A stretch of DNA of 63,827 nt, filler included, from Octopus bimaculoides (GCF_001194135.2; 9 parts of 8 records of this genome joined end to end with filler, not necessarily neighbours in it), one strand, 5' to 3'. Counted from the whole stretch's first letter, positions 49,236-61,194 are shown. The notes: generated by a model not told the origin, from the sequence alone. Program-made: numbers and translations.

Positions 49236-49464
49236 TTTAATATTGTTTGCTATTTACTGATTATATAATTTCTTGATTTTTGGAATAGGGTTTTTGTGGT
49301 ATATTTGTTTTTCTAGATGTTTTGAATGACATTTTTCATCGTTGAATTTGTTAATAGTTGGTTTTTCTCTAAATTATAAATGTATTATATATTGGGAAAT
49401 TTGATTTAGAATTGCTAAATTGAATTTTCCCTGTAAGTTTTGGAAGTGTATTCCCTAATATTAT

Positions 49465-49541
<77 letters not shown>

Positions 49542-49584
49542 TGTACAGAATATTCATGTATACATATATATATCTTTTATCTTT

Positions 49585-49817
49585 TGTCATTAGACTGCGA
49601 CCATGCTGGGGTACCGCTTTGAAGGATTTTTAGTCGAATGAATCGACTTCAGTACTTCTACGATAGGCTTCTTTCAGTTCCCTTCTACCAAATCCACTCA
49701 CTAAGCTTTGGTCGCCCCGTGGCTATAGCAAGAAGACACTTGCCCAAGGTGTCACGCATGGGGACTGAACTCGTAACCATTTGGTTGTGAAGCAAACTTC
49801 TTACCACACAGCCACGC
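49585..49817 (-). mobile_element. SINE family A with internal deletion
   Basis: Tail joined directly to the core and head in reverse orientation. Confidence 0.8.
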
Positions 49818-49929
49818 ATGTGTGTGTATGTGTGTGTACGCAGACAAATACACATACACAGACATATATAAATGCATAGATGTGTGTATGTGTGTGTGCA
49901 TGTATGTGTTTGTATGCGTGTGCGTGTAG

Positions 49930-50026
<97 letters not shown>

Positions 50027-50249
50027 CGTAATGAATCAGAATTATTAACACTAGGGAGTAGAAAAGTGCGTAGTGTCTGCTTTGATAATTCAACTTAATA
50101 CGTCTTATATTGGATCATTTCGCTCAAGAATGAATAGTTCATTTCCTCTGAGAATATAGAAACTTTAATTGCTCACAAGTTGGCGAAACTAATGATTGGC
50201 AATCAAAATCAGTTTAATCTCTCTATTAAAATAGGGTATAACCAACTCG

Positions 50250-50740
50250 CAAAGTAGATCAGTTTGTAATGATATGAAAAATCTGGTCACGTACCTTGCC
50301 TACCTCTTTAGTTAACGGAGAGAGTGTCGTTAGTCGATACAAGAATGAGATGTGTGTTCGTTGGGATCTGTTAAAAAAATAACCGTTTCATACTGGTGTA
50401 ATGTTAGATGTTAACTCGTAGTTGTTGCTACAGCTTGCGTTGGAACTGAGAAGGATTGCGGCCACCTAACACTTCTGAGATAAGAAGTTGATGCAACTGC
50501 TCCTATTACTGCTGAAGTACGTTTTATAAGTTCTTTGTTCAAAGTTGGGAAGGTCAGAGTGTGTATTGGAACTTTTCATACCATTTCTGATTGAAGCAAG
50601 CTTATAATATTTGTGAACTACAAAGCTTCTGATAATATGTTTAGCTTTAAAAACAGAGTTCCATTTGTGGTAGTGCCTTAGCGCTCTTGGTGTGCTCTGA
50701 AGCATATCAACATCCAGGCCAGGCGAAATCAAATGTTACA
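50250..50740 (-). mobile_element. Ty3/Gypsy gag remnant
   Basis: Minus frame with stops: EQLHQLLISEVLGGRNPSQFQRKL..KRLFF*QIPTNTHLILVS, matching the LGDRKPSQLLRRM..FLQRLP gag motif. Confidence 0.7.
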
Positions 50741-51872
50741 TTCAAATAATGTGAAAAAGTGTTTAAACAAATCTTAAACTGTTAAACTCTTGCGCGAAAT
50801 ATGTTTTATGGTTTTATTTTCTACTTAGCGCAAACATTTTCTATCCCGACACGGAATTGGCTGCAGAGTTTCTTACTCCCCGATTTAACTGAATTTCCGG
50901 GTCCTAAGAAAAACTGCAAATATAGGAATAAAATGTTTATTACGATATACAAGCTGAAGAGAATAATTGAAACGCAGCATTAATGTAACTGAGAAATGAA
51001 AATGGCAGGAACAATGAATTGTTATATCTAGCGAATAAAGGTGGGTTTAAATTTTGCAAACATGTCCAACACCGCGGAAAATGAAGAATTATATAGAAGC
51101 AAACTCAATCTTGTCTTCTCATTAATATAGAGAGGTTGTGAAGTTGGTGGTGGGGAGGGGGAGGGGCAAACAGTTGTCGTATGTCTGTTGAAGATGTCTG
51201 GCATTTATCAGTTTGAACACCATTGCGCTTATTGACAGGTGATCAAAATAAATTTCACTTGTCCTGCGAAACAGAAAGGTTAACCAAGCTGTGCGATGTA
51301 GTCCAGTTTGTAACAATAAGATATATTTTGGCATGTGTGTGTGATGGAACCCCGGCTATGAAATACGTGGTTCCCCACAAACAATAAAGTTGACAAAGTT
51401 CACTTTAAAATAAGACAGCCACAACAAATAATTCAAATTAATAAATATTGTCAGAAATTGTGAATTTAGTTGGAAATGCAATTTTGTTCGAAATTGGTGA
51501 CGGTGGAAAGAAATGAAATGTTTTCCAAATTCGACAGGTTATGAGTTAATTATAAATAAGCTTTAAGGAAATGACTCATAGAATATTTATGACAACCTGA
51601 TAGTAACTAATTAAAGTTTTCAGTATTCACATATCTGTATACCAAATATAATTTTAGAAAAATTATTATTTCTAAATCTCTGAACGAGAAACATTCAGTA
51701 ACAGTACTCTAAAGTAAAAATTATTTGCCAACATAATGTGGCAGTCCTGATTAGGACGAATGTTACTGTTATTTAACCCCAGGGAAGATCGTCTCCAGCC
51801 GGCTATCGACGCACTATCTGCGTCCTTGTATTTTCGAACAAAGGAGCTTAGTGTCCCCTCTCAGCTCAGCAC

Positions 51873-51926
51873 AATATCTATGTACCAATGGTTTCTGAGT
51901 TATTTCTCTTCATCAGCACAGATATT
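51873..51926 (-). ncRNA. Type I hammerhead ribozyme with 10-bp stem I
   Basis: Minus strand: AATATCTGTG CTGATGA A GAG-AAATAA-CTC A GAAAC CATTG GTA CATAGATATT; near-palindromic stem III ACCA-T-TGGT; GUA triplet. Confidence 0.75.
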
Positions 51927-52277
51927 AACTAAATATGTATGCATGTATGTATGTATGAGACATTGAAAGTTCCTGGTTTTGTCAATTCTCTTGTCACACC
52001 GGTGAAAGTCTTCTTGGGCTAATAAGTGGGGGTAGTGCAGTGCAAGCTACACCCACTAAAAAATATTCATCTACACAGGTACTTCCTGAACTTCAGATCT
52101 TGGTAAGATAATTCAATTGGTTGGTTGGCAGAAACCTAAAAATGCACCTGTAACTTATTCTAAGATCCACAATGTATGTATGTATGTATGTATGTATGTA
52201 TGTATGTATGTATGGATGGATGTATGTATGTATGTATGTATGTATGTGCGTATGCGCGCGCGCGCGCGTGTGTGTGT

Positions 52278-52326
<49 letters not shown>

Positions 52327-52884
52327 TATACATATATAAATACATAAATATGTATATAGTCTGTACACTAAATAAGCTGCCATTGATTCATTGATTATTT
52401 ATGATTGTGAAGCAATAAAGATGACGGCGTACTTGCTAATAAATCAGCTTGATGTACCTGTGTCTGTACTGACTTCAATGGTGCAATAAATTTTGTTGAA
52501 GAAATGCAGAGAGCTTGCAACAGCAAATCAAATTTATTTGCAAACTGGAAGTATATTTTTAGGTTGCAGTAAAAGCACTAAAGATGTATGTGAAACTGTT
52601 AGACGGTAAATAATATAAATAATAAAATGATTGATTTTCAGGGATGATCTTTGAAAGACAACTGTATCATATACAAATGCATGGTTTATATCTCCTTTGC
52701 ACATCTCTTCTGTTAAAATATTAGACCTTTCTGACTGACTCTAAATTTTATCCGGTAAATTTCTATATTTAACCATGAATTTATAAAAGGAGGAATGATA
52801 TAGTATATCGTTCAACGCTATCTCTATTTATACATATATATCTCCTCTCCTGTTGATTAGAAATGTATGTGAAATGAAACTACA

Positions 52885-53220
52885 AGTGAGTATAAAGGAC
52901 AGACCACGCTAGGAAGTTAACACGTAATAACTGTGACAATTCTAGAGCTAATAGCTGCAACTGAAGCCGCGATCGCAGGTCGCATCCGTGCGACGCGCCG
53001 GCCGGAGATGGCGAGCGTCGCCACAACTACGAACACGAGCACGGCCGCGAACATGAGCACGAGCTCGACGCCTGGCGAGAAACAGCACGCACGGACAAAC
53101 ACACTCGCGCTTGAACCGGCAACCGACGCGCCAGTTTGACGATGGCGACGTGCTGCCGGCGCTTGTTGGGATTCATCTCACTCGGTTCACAAGTGATTCA
53201 AAAGCAGGAAACCGACTTGG
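52885..53220 (+). promoter_or_regulatory. CpG/GC-rich island; candidate promoter and first exon
   Basis: Dense CpG in a very AT-rich context; TATAAAGG at about 52891, GGAAGT motif, two strong-context ATGG starts, possible GT donor at about 53220. Confidence 0.45.
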
Positions 53221-53480
53221 TAAAATAGTTCTAATTGTGTTAACCGGGTAAAACGAGAATTCATGCACGAAGTGTACCTGTTACCTAATACACTTACTGA
53301 TAAGAAATATTTTTAGCTGGTATAAAAATAATTTGCTAACAGATGATTGTCGATAAATGTTAGAAATATGACAATGCAAATATTAAAATTAACAAGAAAG
53401 TATGTCATTTCAAGCAATTGATAATTTATAGATTACTTGTGTGCCTGCGCGCGCGCGTAATATTTATATGCATATATGTA

Positions 53481-53548
<68 letters not shown>

Positions 53549-53605
53549 GCGCAGGTGTGTGTGTGCATATGTATACATGCATGTATGTATACACTCATGT
53601 ATGCA

Positions 53606-53700
<95 letters not shown>

Positions 53701-55084
53701 AGAGTGAGAGAGATGTACTATACATAAATACATGCATAAATATTCGCGCGTACGCATACAGAGACTCAAAAACGCTCACAAAACACGCACATATGTAGTA
53801 TGCTATATGTTCCTGAAATAAACACAAAGAAATCTTCCAAACAACTAGATTTTGTAGGCTGCTTTACTTCAAAGATATTGCTTATTTTCTAGATCTAGGA
53901 ATGAAGGAAGCAGAGAAATAGAACTAGAACCAAATAGAACCAATCACAGTAAAATGTATTCTCGCGGAGAAAGACAAAACTAAAAGCATCAGGTAATTTA
54001 TTTCAACGATGTGATTTTGTCAAATCACTCACTAAACAGCCGTTATTATGCTGCTCACTTGAGCACACTGTCACACATTCTTGGCTAACAGAACATGACT
54101 ATGAAGTCCGTTCCAAGGGTATTTGACAATACCAGTATAAATGAGAAGTATAGATTCAATCAGGAATTATAATCTTGCTGCAAACTCTACTTCTCAAAAT
54201 TCACATCTATAGTCAACAGCGTCGACTCCATCTTTGATTTACTCTACAAGAAAGAGGTACAGGAATTGAAACGACTTTGTGTATTGCTGACACCAAAGAG
54301 ATTTCAACTATAAAAAGAGAGAATAAAAGTTTTTCTTTTATCGAAGCAGTAAATGCTTACTGTTTACCTTCGTAAAACGAAAATCAAAATAAAGGCTTAT
54401 TTATTTGAAGTTTAAAACTAACATCTAAATAAGCAACTATTTGGGCATTCGCAAGAAACTATCATTTAGTTTAGGAAAGATAACCATACAATATTGTGGG
54501 TTGAAAAGCAATTAGATATGTGATCTGGATAATTTATGAAAGCATTATTAAAAAGTATGTTTTAAAAATAATATTGCAAGAATTTGTGTATAAGCGTCTC
54601 TCATTAGATTGGAAGTTCTAAAGCAATGTAAATTTAAAAAAGACTTGAAACTATGAAATCTTTTGTAAATATATTAATTTCTCTATTTATTGTAAACATA
54701 TCGATATATTTCGGAAAAGGTGGTCGAGTGACAGATCGCCACATTTGATCTCCTACGAATTTAGATACGTTCTTTCGAATTTAGCTCTCTTGTGAATATA
54801 TTTATGGAAGGTTCATTTTAGCTCCTCCAACACATAACATGGAAATCTGTAGCCTTGTATCAATATAAGAAATCAAATATATTTAAATCATTTTATAGCG
54901 GAGAGTAATTGAAATGTATTTATTGGTGATATCAGTTTATGACTGAAGTCATTTCTCATCATTTATGTTATTGATAATTTTTGGAAAGTTATGGACATCG
55001 CAATGTAACCCAATCAAAAGAATATAAATTCCTGTGGCAAGTATCTGGAAAGGAAACAGCACTGCAATATCTATTTCCTATTTA

Positions 55085-55300
55085 AGGCGGCGAGCTGGCA
55101 GAATCGTTAGCACACCGGGCAAAATGTTTAGCAGCATTTCTGTCTTCATGCTCTGAGTTCAAATTCCTCCAAGGTCGACTTTGCCTTTCATCCTTTCGGG
55201 GTCGATAAAATAAGTACCATTTGAATACTGGAGGTCGCTGTAATCCACTTAACTTCTCCCTCGAACTTGCTGGCTTTGTGCCATAATTTGAAATCAATAT
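55085..55300 (+). mobile_element. SINE family B with imperfect ~14-bp TSD (CAATATYTATTTCC)
   Basis: Family sequence; TSD copies at about 55065 and 55295. Confidence 0.85.
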
Positions 55301-55411
55301 TTATTTCCCATTTATCTCAAGACTTGCCGTTCAGGTGGAATAAAACTCCAGTCATTTATATAACTGGTTTCAGACGAGTACCACAACTGGTTAGCAGAAG
55401 TATAACTATCC

Positions 55412-55645
55412 AGCCCCGGCGAGCTGGCAGAAACGTTAGCACGCCGGGCAAAGTGCTTAGCGGTATTTCGTCTGCCGTTACGTTCTGAGTTCAAATTCCG
55501 CCAAAGTCGACTTTGCCTTTCATCCTTTCGGGGTCGATAAATTAAGTACCAGTTACGCACCGGGGTCGATGTAATCGGCTTAATCCCTCGGTCTGTCCTT
55601 GTTTGTCCCCTCTATGTTTAGCCCCTTGTGGGCAATAAAGAAATA
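55412..55645 (+). mobile_element. Full-length SINE family B with perfect 16-bp TSD
   Basis: AGAAGTATAACTATCC at 55396-55411 and 55646-55661. Confidence 0.92.
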
Positions 55646-56064
55646 AGAAGTATAACTATCCCCCACCCCCACCCCACTACTTTAGTTCTGTCGCCACCTT
55701 TCTGCTATTCATTTGCTGAAAGAGATTTAATCATCACTTTTTAGATTCAAAGCTACATATAACGACAAGTCAGATAAATTGTTGGAAATAAATCTTTTTT
55801 TTTTTCTCTTCATATTTAGCACTTAAAACTAAGATTTTCTCATTGATTTGATATAGAGATTGTCGTTGTTTAGCCAATTGATTGAATGGTCAGAACAATA
55901 ATAAAATCCAGTCCAGCCACGACCATTCCATCTCTTTAGGGTTATTTAATGTATGCTTCCTTTTTAAGACAGTAACGATGCGACACGAGAGGGATTTGGC
56001 TACGACTTCTAATAAATCAAATGACCTCCCGAGGGATACCCCAGAGACTGCTTTGAAGGGTTTA

Positions 56065-56390
56065 GACAAACAAATCAACCTCGGTACTTATGTTTTAAGT
56101 CTTGTACTTATTCTATCGTCCTCTTTTGCTGAACTGCTAAGTTGCGGAGACGTAAACAAATCATTTATTGTGAAGCGGTGGACAGGGGACAAATACAAAC
56201 ACAAAGACACGCATACATATATGTATACGACGGGCTTCCACACAGTTTCCATCTGCCAAATTCCCTCACAAAGCATTAATCGGTCGGGAGCTATACTAGA
56301 AGATATTTGCTCATGGTGTCGCACTAAAGGACTGAACCTGAAACTATGTGGTTCCAAAGTGCAATTCTTAACCACACAGTCATGTCTACA
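56065..56390 (-). mobile_element. SINE family A, diverged
   Basis: Family middle, core and head in reverse orientation. Confidence 0.75.
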
Positions 56391-56880
56391 TACATGTGTG
56401 TGTGTGTGTGTGTGTGTGCGTACACATACGCATATATATAACGGGTAATTTACAAACTCCAAATAAAGGTCATCAGAGTTTGGGAAAAAAGTCTTTTTAT
56501 TTCTTCATTATTATTAGCGCTTTCGTTCGTTTCTCGAACTTGTCAAATAGAATTTTGTGAATGTACAAACAGCTTGCTCATTTATATAAAACAGATGTTT
56601 TGGTGGGGGTTTTGTTTAGAAGAGGAGCACATTGTTTTTGTTTTTTGGGATGAGGTTCCATGACAATGAGATAGATAGATAGAAGTAATGTTGGATCCAA
56701 TGTTTAACGACTTCTTAATCTCAACACAAGGTCCCAAGTTTTTAGAGAAGTGATATCGTCTACTGACAAACCTAGTTTATAACTGTTCATAAGAATGCTA
56801 AAGAATGAAAGTCATAGCCGTCTGTTTCGGATTTAGCACGCAAAATACACAGGATTTGATATAGGTACAAAGCCTTAAAT

Positions 56881-57132
56881 CAGTGGTTCACAACTGGGGT
56901 TCATATGGCCCTTAGGGGTCCATATAAGATTTTGTGGTTAAAATCTATCTGCAAATACTTGTTTATACTTCTCCAATACTCAAAATATTTTAGCAATTTT
57001 TTTCAGTTCCTAATAATATTTAATTATAAAAAATGTAATATGATTATTTAAGCATGGATTGGTTATGAGGATCCACCAGAGTAAAATAGGAATCAAAAGG
57101 GTTTATAGGGGGAAAATGATTGAGGAACACTG
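56881..57132. mobile_element. hAT-type MITE
   Basis: TIRs CAGTGGTTCACAA / TTGAGGAACACTG; 8-bp TSD CCTTAAAT / CGTTAAAT with one mismatch. Confidence 0.75.
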
Positions 57133-57315
57133 CGTTAAATTAAAAAGAGAAAAAAAAAGACACCTATAGTCGTCATTCGTAAGCGAATATGACTGAATAG
57201 TACGTGCCATATGTTCGCTAATTGTCTTATGTGCCGATGTAGCCACGAGTAGATACAGATATCCTCTTGGCACTCTTATCCTTGATCCATGAGGATATCC
57301 AGGATATGAGAGCTG

Positions 57316-57354
<39 letters not shown>

Positions 57355-57574
57355 AAAGAGAGAGAAAGCGAGAGAGAAGGAGAAAGAGAAAGAGAGAGAA
57401 GGAGTTGTACTATTTTCAGTTGAGTTGACTGAGGCAATGTTAAAAAGAACCATGAACTGATCTGTACAAAATTCGAATCGTCAGATTTATGGTCGTCAGC
57501 TGGGATACGACACTCAACTTAATTTTAATGGGAGAATTGTATTTTAGGAGCAGACATGGCTGATTGATTGAGAA

Positions 57575-57897
57575 ACTAGCTTTGCAAACATGGTTTCGGA
57601 TGCGGTCTCACTGCGCAGCAAGTGTCTTCTACTATAGCCCCAGTCCACACACACACACACATACATATGTATATATATATGTACATATATATGTGTGTAT
57701 ATATATATATACATACACACACATATATTTATATATGTGTATATGTGTGTGTGTAAGTATGCAAGAGTTTGTTTTTGAGTTGATGTTTATCTCCTATCAT
57801 TGTTTGATAACCAGTGTTGGTTTCTTTATGTCCCGTAACTTAGCAGTTCGTCAAAAGAACTTTCTAAAAGTGGCAGATTTAAAAATAAGTCTCGGGG
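57575..57897 (+). mobile_element. SINE family A, diverged
   Basis: GCAAGTGTCTTCTACTATAGCC core and ATAACCAGTGTTGG..CCCGTAACTTAGCAGTTCG middle. Confidence 0.7.
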
Positions 57898-57998
57898 ANN
57901 NNNNNNNNNNNNNNNNNNNNNNNNNNNNNNNNNNNNNNNNNNTTAATTAATTAANNNNNNNNNNNNNNNNNNNNNNNNNNNNNNNNNNNNNNNNNNNN

Positions 57999-59620
57999 AG
58001 CACCATCTGGAAAAGTCTTTTAGTTAATTATTTCGGGACACCATGGACCATTTAATCAGAGAGTTGTTGTTGGTTGAGACGTATCCAGGTGTAGGTGGTT
58101 TATTCGGTATTTCCTGGAGGAATGGGCACCAGTATTCGAGGTGGGGGCCTAGCGAATGTAGAGACGAGAAGGATGATGGTTTCATGATCCCTAGATTAGA
58201 AAGTTCTGAAGATCCATGAGCACATTCTGCGGGCAACATCGACTTTTTTGTTGATGTACACACTCCAGCATAGGTTGCTTCGACAGTTACACCTAAATCT
58301 CTGATATTATCCGACAGTTCAAATAGGTCTCCCGACGGTAGTGTATATGGTTGTTTGAGTGTGCCCTCTCTTCCAAAGCGGATGAGCTCAAATTTTGCTT
58401 CATTCAACTGCATATTGCTCTTTTTATTGTGTGCCCACTGGGTTACTGCGGATAGGTCCGATTGAAGCATTGTTCGATCATTTACTCCCTTAATGACTTT
58501 CTGGAGCTTAGAGTTATCTGAAAATATTTTTATGGTGCTATGTTCAATGGAATCTGCAATATCATTGATACAGACAACAGAGGCCTTGCTAAAATCAAGG
58601 TACATGACATCCGCGTTGGAGCCCTCACTTAGTTCATCAAAGATGTCATCAAAGTGGTGGAGGAGCTGTGTTAGACAGTCCCTCCCACCACGAAAGCCAT
58701 GCTGATTGCAATTTAGGAAATTTGTTCTAGGAAAGCTGTTATTCTTGTTCTCAACACTCTCTCAAATACTTTGATGATATGTGAGGTGAGTGAGATTGGA
58801 TGGTAGTTTACAGGGAGTGATTTATTCCCCTTTTTAAAGATAGGAACGACTGACTGGAGTGAAAGTTTTGAGGAATAAAACCGGCATTCACTGATTTCCT
58901 CCAGAGATTTGCAAGAGGAGCTGCAAGTTGCTGTCTGCATTCCTTCAGCACTCTAGCAGGGGACCTGTCCGGACCCACTGCTGAATCAGGTTTGATTTCT
59001 TTTATTGCTGCCATGATATCAGTGGCGTCGAAGGTTATGTCGGAAAGGACATGCTGAGGACTCAAAGAAGCAAAGCTGCTTGAGTCAACTGAATCAGGGT
59101 CACTGAAGACAGAGCAGTATTGACGTTACAGGATCTCAGCCATATCTTTGGCATCACTGTGAAGGATACCGTTTCCGTCAACCAGTGGGCCGATAGAGGA
59201 AACTATTGTCCGATGTGTTTTTGCAAAGGAGTAAAAAACCTTAGAATTATTCTTGATGTTTTTAATAGCACAGGCTTCCTCTGCAGCTCTTGGTTGTTTA
59301 TGAGGGTTTTTATACAGTCCTTGAGTTGTTACTTCCTTGATTCCAAGGTTGTTAATATACTCGATTGGGGGTGATGCTGATGGTGGTATTCTAGGGTATT
59401 GATTTTTCGGTTTATTCTTTTTATTTTACTGTTGAGCGATTTTCTCTGTTTTGGAATCTGGCATCTACTGTTGTTTATGAGTCGTGAGGGTGTGTGTTTT
59501 GAGCCTATGTGGGTGACTGTATCCTCAAATAGTTGCCATGCACTTGTGTTTGTTGTGGTATTGGAGGAAGCAAGGGTGAAGGACGGATCTTTATGGTTTG
59601 ACGGCCAACACTTGTTTTCT
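57999..59620 (-). mobile_element. CR1/L2-clade LINE ORF2 remnant (RT), frameshifted with internal deletions
   Basis: KPDSAVGPD..VLKEC..LAAPLANLW; VVPIFKKGNKSLPVNYHPISLTS; YLDFSKA; FSDNSKL..LQSDL; IRDLGV. Confidence 0.92.
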
Positions 59621-59846
59621 TAACGAAACACTTTCAAACTTGGGATACTGGTAGAATGTGTCATATAAAACATCTTTTTCTCTAAGCCTTCTTAACAAAA
59701 ATTACTTCTTAATAAGTTATTTCATGTTAAAGTTGTCGTATTTCTGTAATTTCAACCAATCACTGACGTCTATTCAGCTGAATACAGTTAGTGCTGTTCG
59801 GTGTCAAGTGTGTTATTCCCTGTTTAATTATATCATTATTCCCTAG

Positions 59847-60075
59847 TAAGGGTTTAGGGTTTTAGGGTTAGGGTTTTAGGGTTAGGGTTTTAAGGTTAGG
59901 GTTTTAGGGTCTTAGGGTTAGGGTTGGGGCTAGGGTTAGGGTTAGGGTTATGGTTATGAGTTATAGGGTTAGGGTTAAGGTTATGGCAAAAATAATCATG
60001 ACCCTAACCGTAATCCTAAAACTAACCCTAACTCTAAAACCCGAACCCTAACCCTAAAACCCTAAAGCTAAAACC
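59847..60075. repeat. Inverted interstitial telomere-like array: degenerate (TTAGGG)n then (CCCTAA)n
   Basis: G-rich 59847-59986, short spacer, C-rich 60001-60075. Confidence 0.85.
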
Positions 60076-60276
60076 AGTACAAACGCACGAACGATGTCAT
60101 AAATAACAGTGACAAACGAAATATATACCGCTGATAGTTGTTGTTGACAACGGATAGTTTTTGTTGACAAANNNNNNNNNNNNNNNNNNNNNNNNNNNNN
60201 NNNNNNNNNNNNNNNTTAATTAATTAANNNNNNNNNNNNNNNNNNNNNNNNNNNNNNNNNNNNNNNNNNNNTTTGG

Positions 60277-60924
60277 TATTCCGCTAAATTTCGTTTTGAG
60301 AACAATTTAGGTCTTAATAGATACAAGATGTGTTCTATTTATAGCACATTGAATGTCCACGTTAGTGGTCAACGTTATATATAAAAATATACTTTAATCC
60401 CCTGAGATTGCAGATACTGTTTCTGAATCTCTGATTCTTTAAATGTGCTCGCTTCCTGGTAATTAATCGATATTAATATATGATTTTTTACCCTATGTTT
60501 TAATGTATTAACCATTACCGAGTTCTCAAACTGGATATATGCGACGCAGTAAATATTTTCTGCAGACATATTCCTGGAATTAGCGCGCCAAAACGAAGAC
60601 TTTTGAATTTTACCATTAAGCTGTAATTAACAGAACCATATACACGTGCACCTATGACGGTGGGCAACTTTGTATACGGTTCTGAGGATTATGGTTACAT
60701 TACGAATCAGGCTGAAGAGAAACAGACAGTCGGTAAGATTGTTAATTTTGAAACCGGTCCCTGTTTAATAATGATTTTTTTTCGGTAATTTTAAATGTCT
60801 TGCCCGCTTACGCTTTGTTATTCCGCTAAATTTCGTTTTGAGAACAATTTAGGTCTTAATAGACAGAAGATGTGATCTATTTCTTGCACATTGAATGTCC
60901 ACGTTAGTGGTCAACGTTATATAT
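60277..60924. mobile_element. ~542-bp unit with ~105-bp direct terminal repeats carrying a hammerhead (PLE-derived or retrozyme-like)
   Basis: TATTCCGCTAAATTTCG...GTCAACGTTATATA at 60277-60382 and 60819-60924; both ends are next to gaps. Confidence 0.7.
60708..60763 (+). ncRNA. Type I hammerhead ribozyme, intact core
   Basis: CAGG CTGAAGA GAAA..ACAGTC-GGTAA-GATTGT..TTTT GAAAC CG GTC CCTG; palindromic ACCGGT stem III; GUC triplet; predicted cut after 60759. Confidence 0.8.
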
Positions 60925-61194
60925 ATATATATATATATATATNNNNNNNNNNNNNNNNNNNNNNNNNNNNNNNNNNNNNNNNNNNNNNNNNNNNNNNNNN
61001 NNNNNNNNNNNNNNNNNNNNNNNNNNNNNNNNNNNNNNNNNNNNNNNNNNNNNNNNNNNNNNNNNNNNNNNNNNNNNNNNNNNNNNNNNNNNNNNNNNNN
61101 NNNNNNNNNNNNNNNNNNNNNNNNNNNNNNNNNNNNNNNNNNNNNNNNNNNNNNNNNNNNNNNNNNNNNNNNNNNNNNNNNNNNNNNATATATC

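Larger units (their letters stand above)
47907..49364 (+). mobile_element. 5'-truncated Penelope-like element with inverted pseudo-LTR arms and GIY-YIG C-terminal remnant
   Basis: 47907-48110 is the reverse complement of about 49145-49364, with patchier pairing inward. The core 48300-48546 encodes, across frameshifts, GLSKYIWELKSKNIKYNLNWEIVCKAKSY..FCLLCANE..LIN..KCRH. Confidence 0.85.

Noticed and set aside
51740-51770. GTCCT-GATT-AGGAC-GAA hairpin resembling a hammerhead stem II
   Set aside because: No upstream CUGANGA core.
59847-60075. True chromosome end
   Set aside because: Short, degenerate, inverted and flanked by ordinary sequence on both sides.
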